Assembly: GCA_964234715.1 (NCBI GenBank)
Contig: OZ174286.1
DNA length: 64,000 nucleotides
From: Podarcis melisellensis
Taxonomy: Eukaryota
Direction: 5' to 3' (one strand)
In this document: in pieces, positions 61,386 through 64,000 of the stretch
Layout of the letters: each line of letters opens with the position of its first letter
Numbering within the stretch: position 1 is the stretch's first letter
Translations under genes and position numbers: made by a program
The notes under the pieces: generated by a model
What the model saw: the letters and a program-made list of their open reading frames with translations, nothing else
Databases searched by the model: none
Told to the model about the DNA's origin: nothing

Positions 61386-61933
61386 TTTAATGTTAGTTTT
61401 TTTAAATTGCACTCTCTCTCTCTTTGCATCACATTCTTAATGGATTTAGCAATATAATTCTATGTATGAAACTCAGTTTTCATCCTAAGCATCAATTGAA
61501 AGCCCAAGCACCTTAACAGTAAAGTCTTGTGCAAGAACCACAGGCATTAATCAACATCAGTGAAAGTAAAGAGAAATCAGAGGAAAATACATACTTGGGT
61601 CAAAAATAAAGGTTACAAGCTGTGGTACAGGTCTGGGGATTTTAAAACCAGAGACGAAGCGGTGACACTGAACTCTAAAACCTAGATGACACAGTGATGG
61701 TGGTCATCTCAGCATGATGACCATTATCTGAAAGGCAAAGATTTTCATCCCTTTTAAAAGCACTCTGAACCTGGCCACCAGTTTTTCTCCATCCACTGAA
61801 ACACTATGGAGCATCTATGAAGTTCTGACCTTGACTGAAACCCTGCTTCCCTTCTCACCAGGACTAAAACCCATTTATCTCCTAGAAAGGTCATAATGGC
61901 AGCAATACACAGGACACAAGGAACAGCCTAGAT

Positions 61934-62070
61934 CAGTGGTGGCTAAACTTGGTCCTCCAGCTATTATGGGACTACAACACCCATCATTCCTAGCTAACAG
62001 GGCCGGTGGTCAGGGATGATGGGAAATGTAGTCCCAAAAACAGCTGGAGGGCCGAGTTTGGCCACCACCG
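61934..62070. mobile_element. Palindromic hAT-type MITE
   Basis: TIR CAGTGGTGGCTAAACT and a perfect 8-bp TSD GCCTAGAT. Confidence 0.9.
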
Positions 62071-63050
62071 GCCTAGATTATATTCCAGAAGTCATCCTAG
62101 AAAAGCAGTCTTACATGTCAGTGACTATTTTCCAAAGATGTTACTGAATAAGAAACAGAGAAGGTTTGAACTTTCCCCCAGCCTTCTTCAGTGTGGAAGA
62201 ATCTACCAGCATCAGTGTCATCTAAAACACAGAAGCTCTTTGAGAAGTCTCACTGGGGAAATTGAGCAGCTTTTCAATACCTTCTCTCTTAAAGGACACA
62301 TAATTGTTCTTCTATGGATGTGAGTCTGTCAGTTCTTACAAACCAATCTTATGATTTACCCATGGGACTCAATGAAGACTTACTTTCAAGTAAGCATGCA
62401 TAGGATGCATGTTGTTTATGGGCCCAAAGAATATTCCTGCTCCTGAACCTAGATACTCATGTTAACACATCACCACACTGCTCGCATATCATTAGAATAG
62501 CTAATGATAAAGATGTACTTAATTAGCAAGCTACTGTTTAAGCCTCAGGAGTTGGTTGTATCAGAGTTCTTGCTGCGGATATTAATGCAAATATATTCAG
62601 GGAATGTGTCAGGATTAAACACCTCTCAGTTAATGGCGGTGTTTTAACTTGATGGCTTAACTACCTACATTATAATGATTAAGATAGTAATGGCATATTG
62701 ACCCCAAATTATTCAAGTCTTGGTTAAAGCCCTAGACCAATGTCAATTGTTTAAAGAACCAAAATGAGAGATAATTGAGGAGATACAAGTTCATCTGCCA
62801 TCATGCTTGCCTTCTTTGGACATTACACTAAAAATCTGGATAATGAGAGAGATGCAATTAAAACTTTATTGAAGGTAATATAAAATTTAAGACAGTGCTG
62901 ATAGGAGTAAGGCAACCTGGCTGAAATTGATATTCATTAGGATACTCCTTATATGAATAGGAAGCATTTGGACTTTGTCGTCTTTAAAAGAGCCCCAGCT
63001 GGTAATGGTTGAAGGTTAATGCCTTACCCCATTCTGTTCAATTTTCTGTC

Positions 63051-63218
63051 NNNNNNNNNNNNNNNNNNNNNNNNNNNNNNNNNNNNNNNNNNNNNNNNNN
63101 NNNNNNNNNNNNNNNNNNNNNNNNNNNNNNNNNNNNNNNNNNNNNNNNNNNNNNNNNNNNNNNNNNNNNNNNNNNNNNNNNNNNNNNNNNNNNNNNNNNN
63201 NNNNNNNNNNNNNNNNNN
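63051..63218. other. Assembly gap (168 N)
   Basis: N run. Confidence 1.
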
Positions 63219-64000
63219 TGAGGCCTCTTTCTTTCACTGAAAGTGATTTCATTTCTCTTTGTCCTCGCAAAAGCTGTTCCATTCCCTTTAAGGAAAAAAA
63301 AATACATGCAGTTGCGGTGTTAATGTTAGCTGCCTGACCCATTTCTTGCGATCAGCTGGGTTGAAATGACATGGAAAAACCAAACAGGGGAAGTCTTTGC
63401 TCAGCCACACCTTTCATTTCAACCAACTTTCCTTGGAATCCCTAATACTGGCCTATGAGTATCTAGGTTTTCTCCATCAATGAACGCAAATATCCAAATG
63501 AACCGTAGCGACATATAACTGTTTAATGCAGAAGGTGATATCACCCACAGCATAAGGAATTCTGTCTGAAGTATAGTTTTCACACAGTTTCTCTAGGATG
63601 CTTCACACATTACAATACGGTATTGAAGAATGCACACTGAAGCTTTAGCACATACCATTGTCTACTCATAAGATGAGATGTGTTTATACGAGTTTATTTC
63701 ACTATGCTTCCTGAATTGCATGATGTAATGATAAATGCAGATATGTAGCATGAAGCTACTCTACTGGTAGGGAGTTCAAACGGCTACATGTGAAATATTT
63801 AGTGTATAGCCAAACAGGCTGTTAGTTTAACAAGCCAGCTTCATAAACTATGGCTTGAAATTGGTTAGCTTTGAAACTGACCAGAGTCTGTGACAAACCA
63901 AGATCCCTAGACAAGAAAACACAACAAAATGAGATTCAGGAAAACTGATACTCAGGAAGTGTGTGAATAGCACAAGCCTGAGTCTCACTTCGGCTCATGC

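Noticed and set aside
41242-64000. CMC1 5' exons (expected ...LRHVEKDVLIPKIMREKA...C)
   Set aside because: Not found by eye. They probably lie beyond the window, as this intron is long in human, or in the N gap. A tblastn search would settle it.

Overview
This window is vertebrate nuclear DNA, almost certainly from a squamate (lacertid-like) lizard, inferred from the Sauria and Squam-type SINEs and the lizard L1/L2/CR1 and MITE families. It covers the conserved amniote ZCWPW2-AZI2-CMC1 block. AZI2 (NAP1, a TBK1 adaptor) is complete on the + strand: a CpG-island first exon plus 7 coding exons, 1149 nt CDS, 382 aa, with a GC-AG last intron. ZCWPW2 lies head-to-head on the - strand, and its first two coding exons (zf-CW and PWWP) are visible. 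The two genes share a CpG-island promoter carrying three ZNF143/THAP11-type motifs. The last two exons of CMC1 lie tail-to-tail with AZI2 on the - strand; I could not find its 5' exons in the window. The rest is intronic or intergenic DNA dense in SINEs, LINE fragments, Tc1/mariner and hAT MITEs, a solo LTR, microsatellites and two N gaps. The most striking observation is a ~740 bp GC-rich, highly structured insertion in AZI2 intron 6. Its - strand carries an ENE-like (poly(A)-clamping triple-helix) RNA fold about 320 nt upstream of a variant poly(A) signal. Also notable are a 96-bp target-site duplication around a SINE, palindromic MITEs with a shared core but four different self-complementary ends, and in-frame upstream ATGs and tandem splice donors in AZI2 exon 1. 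Gene identities come from my recall of the human proteins, not from a database search.
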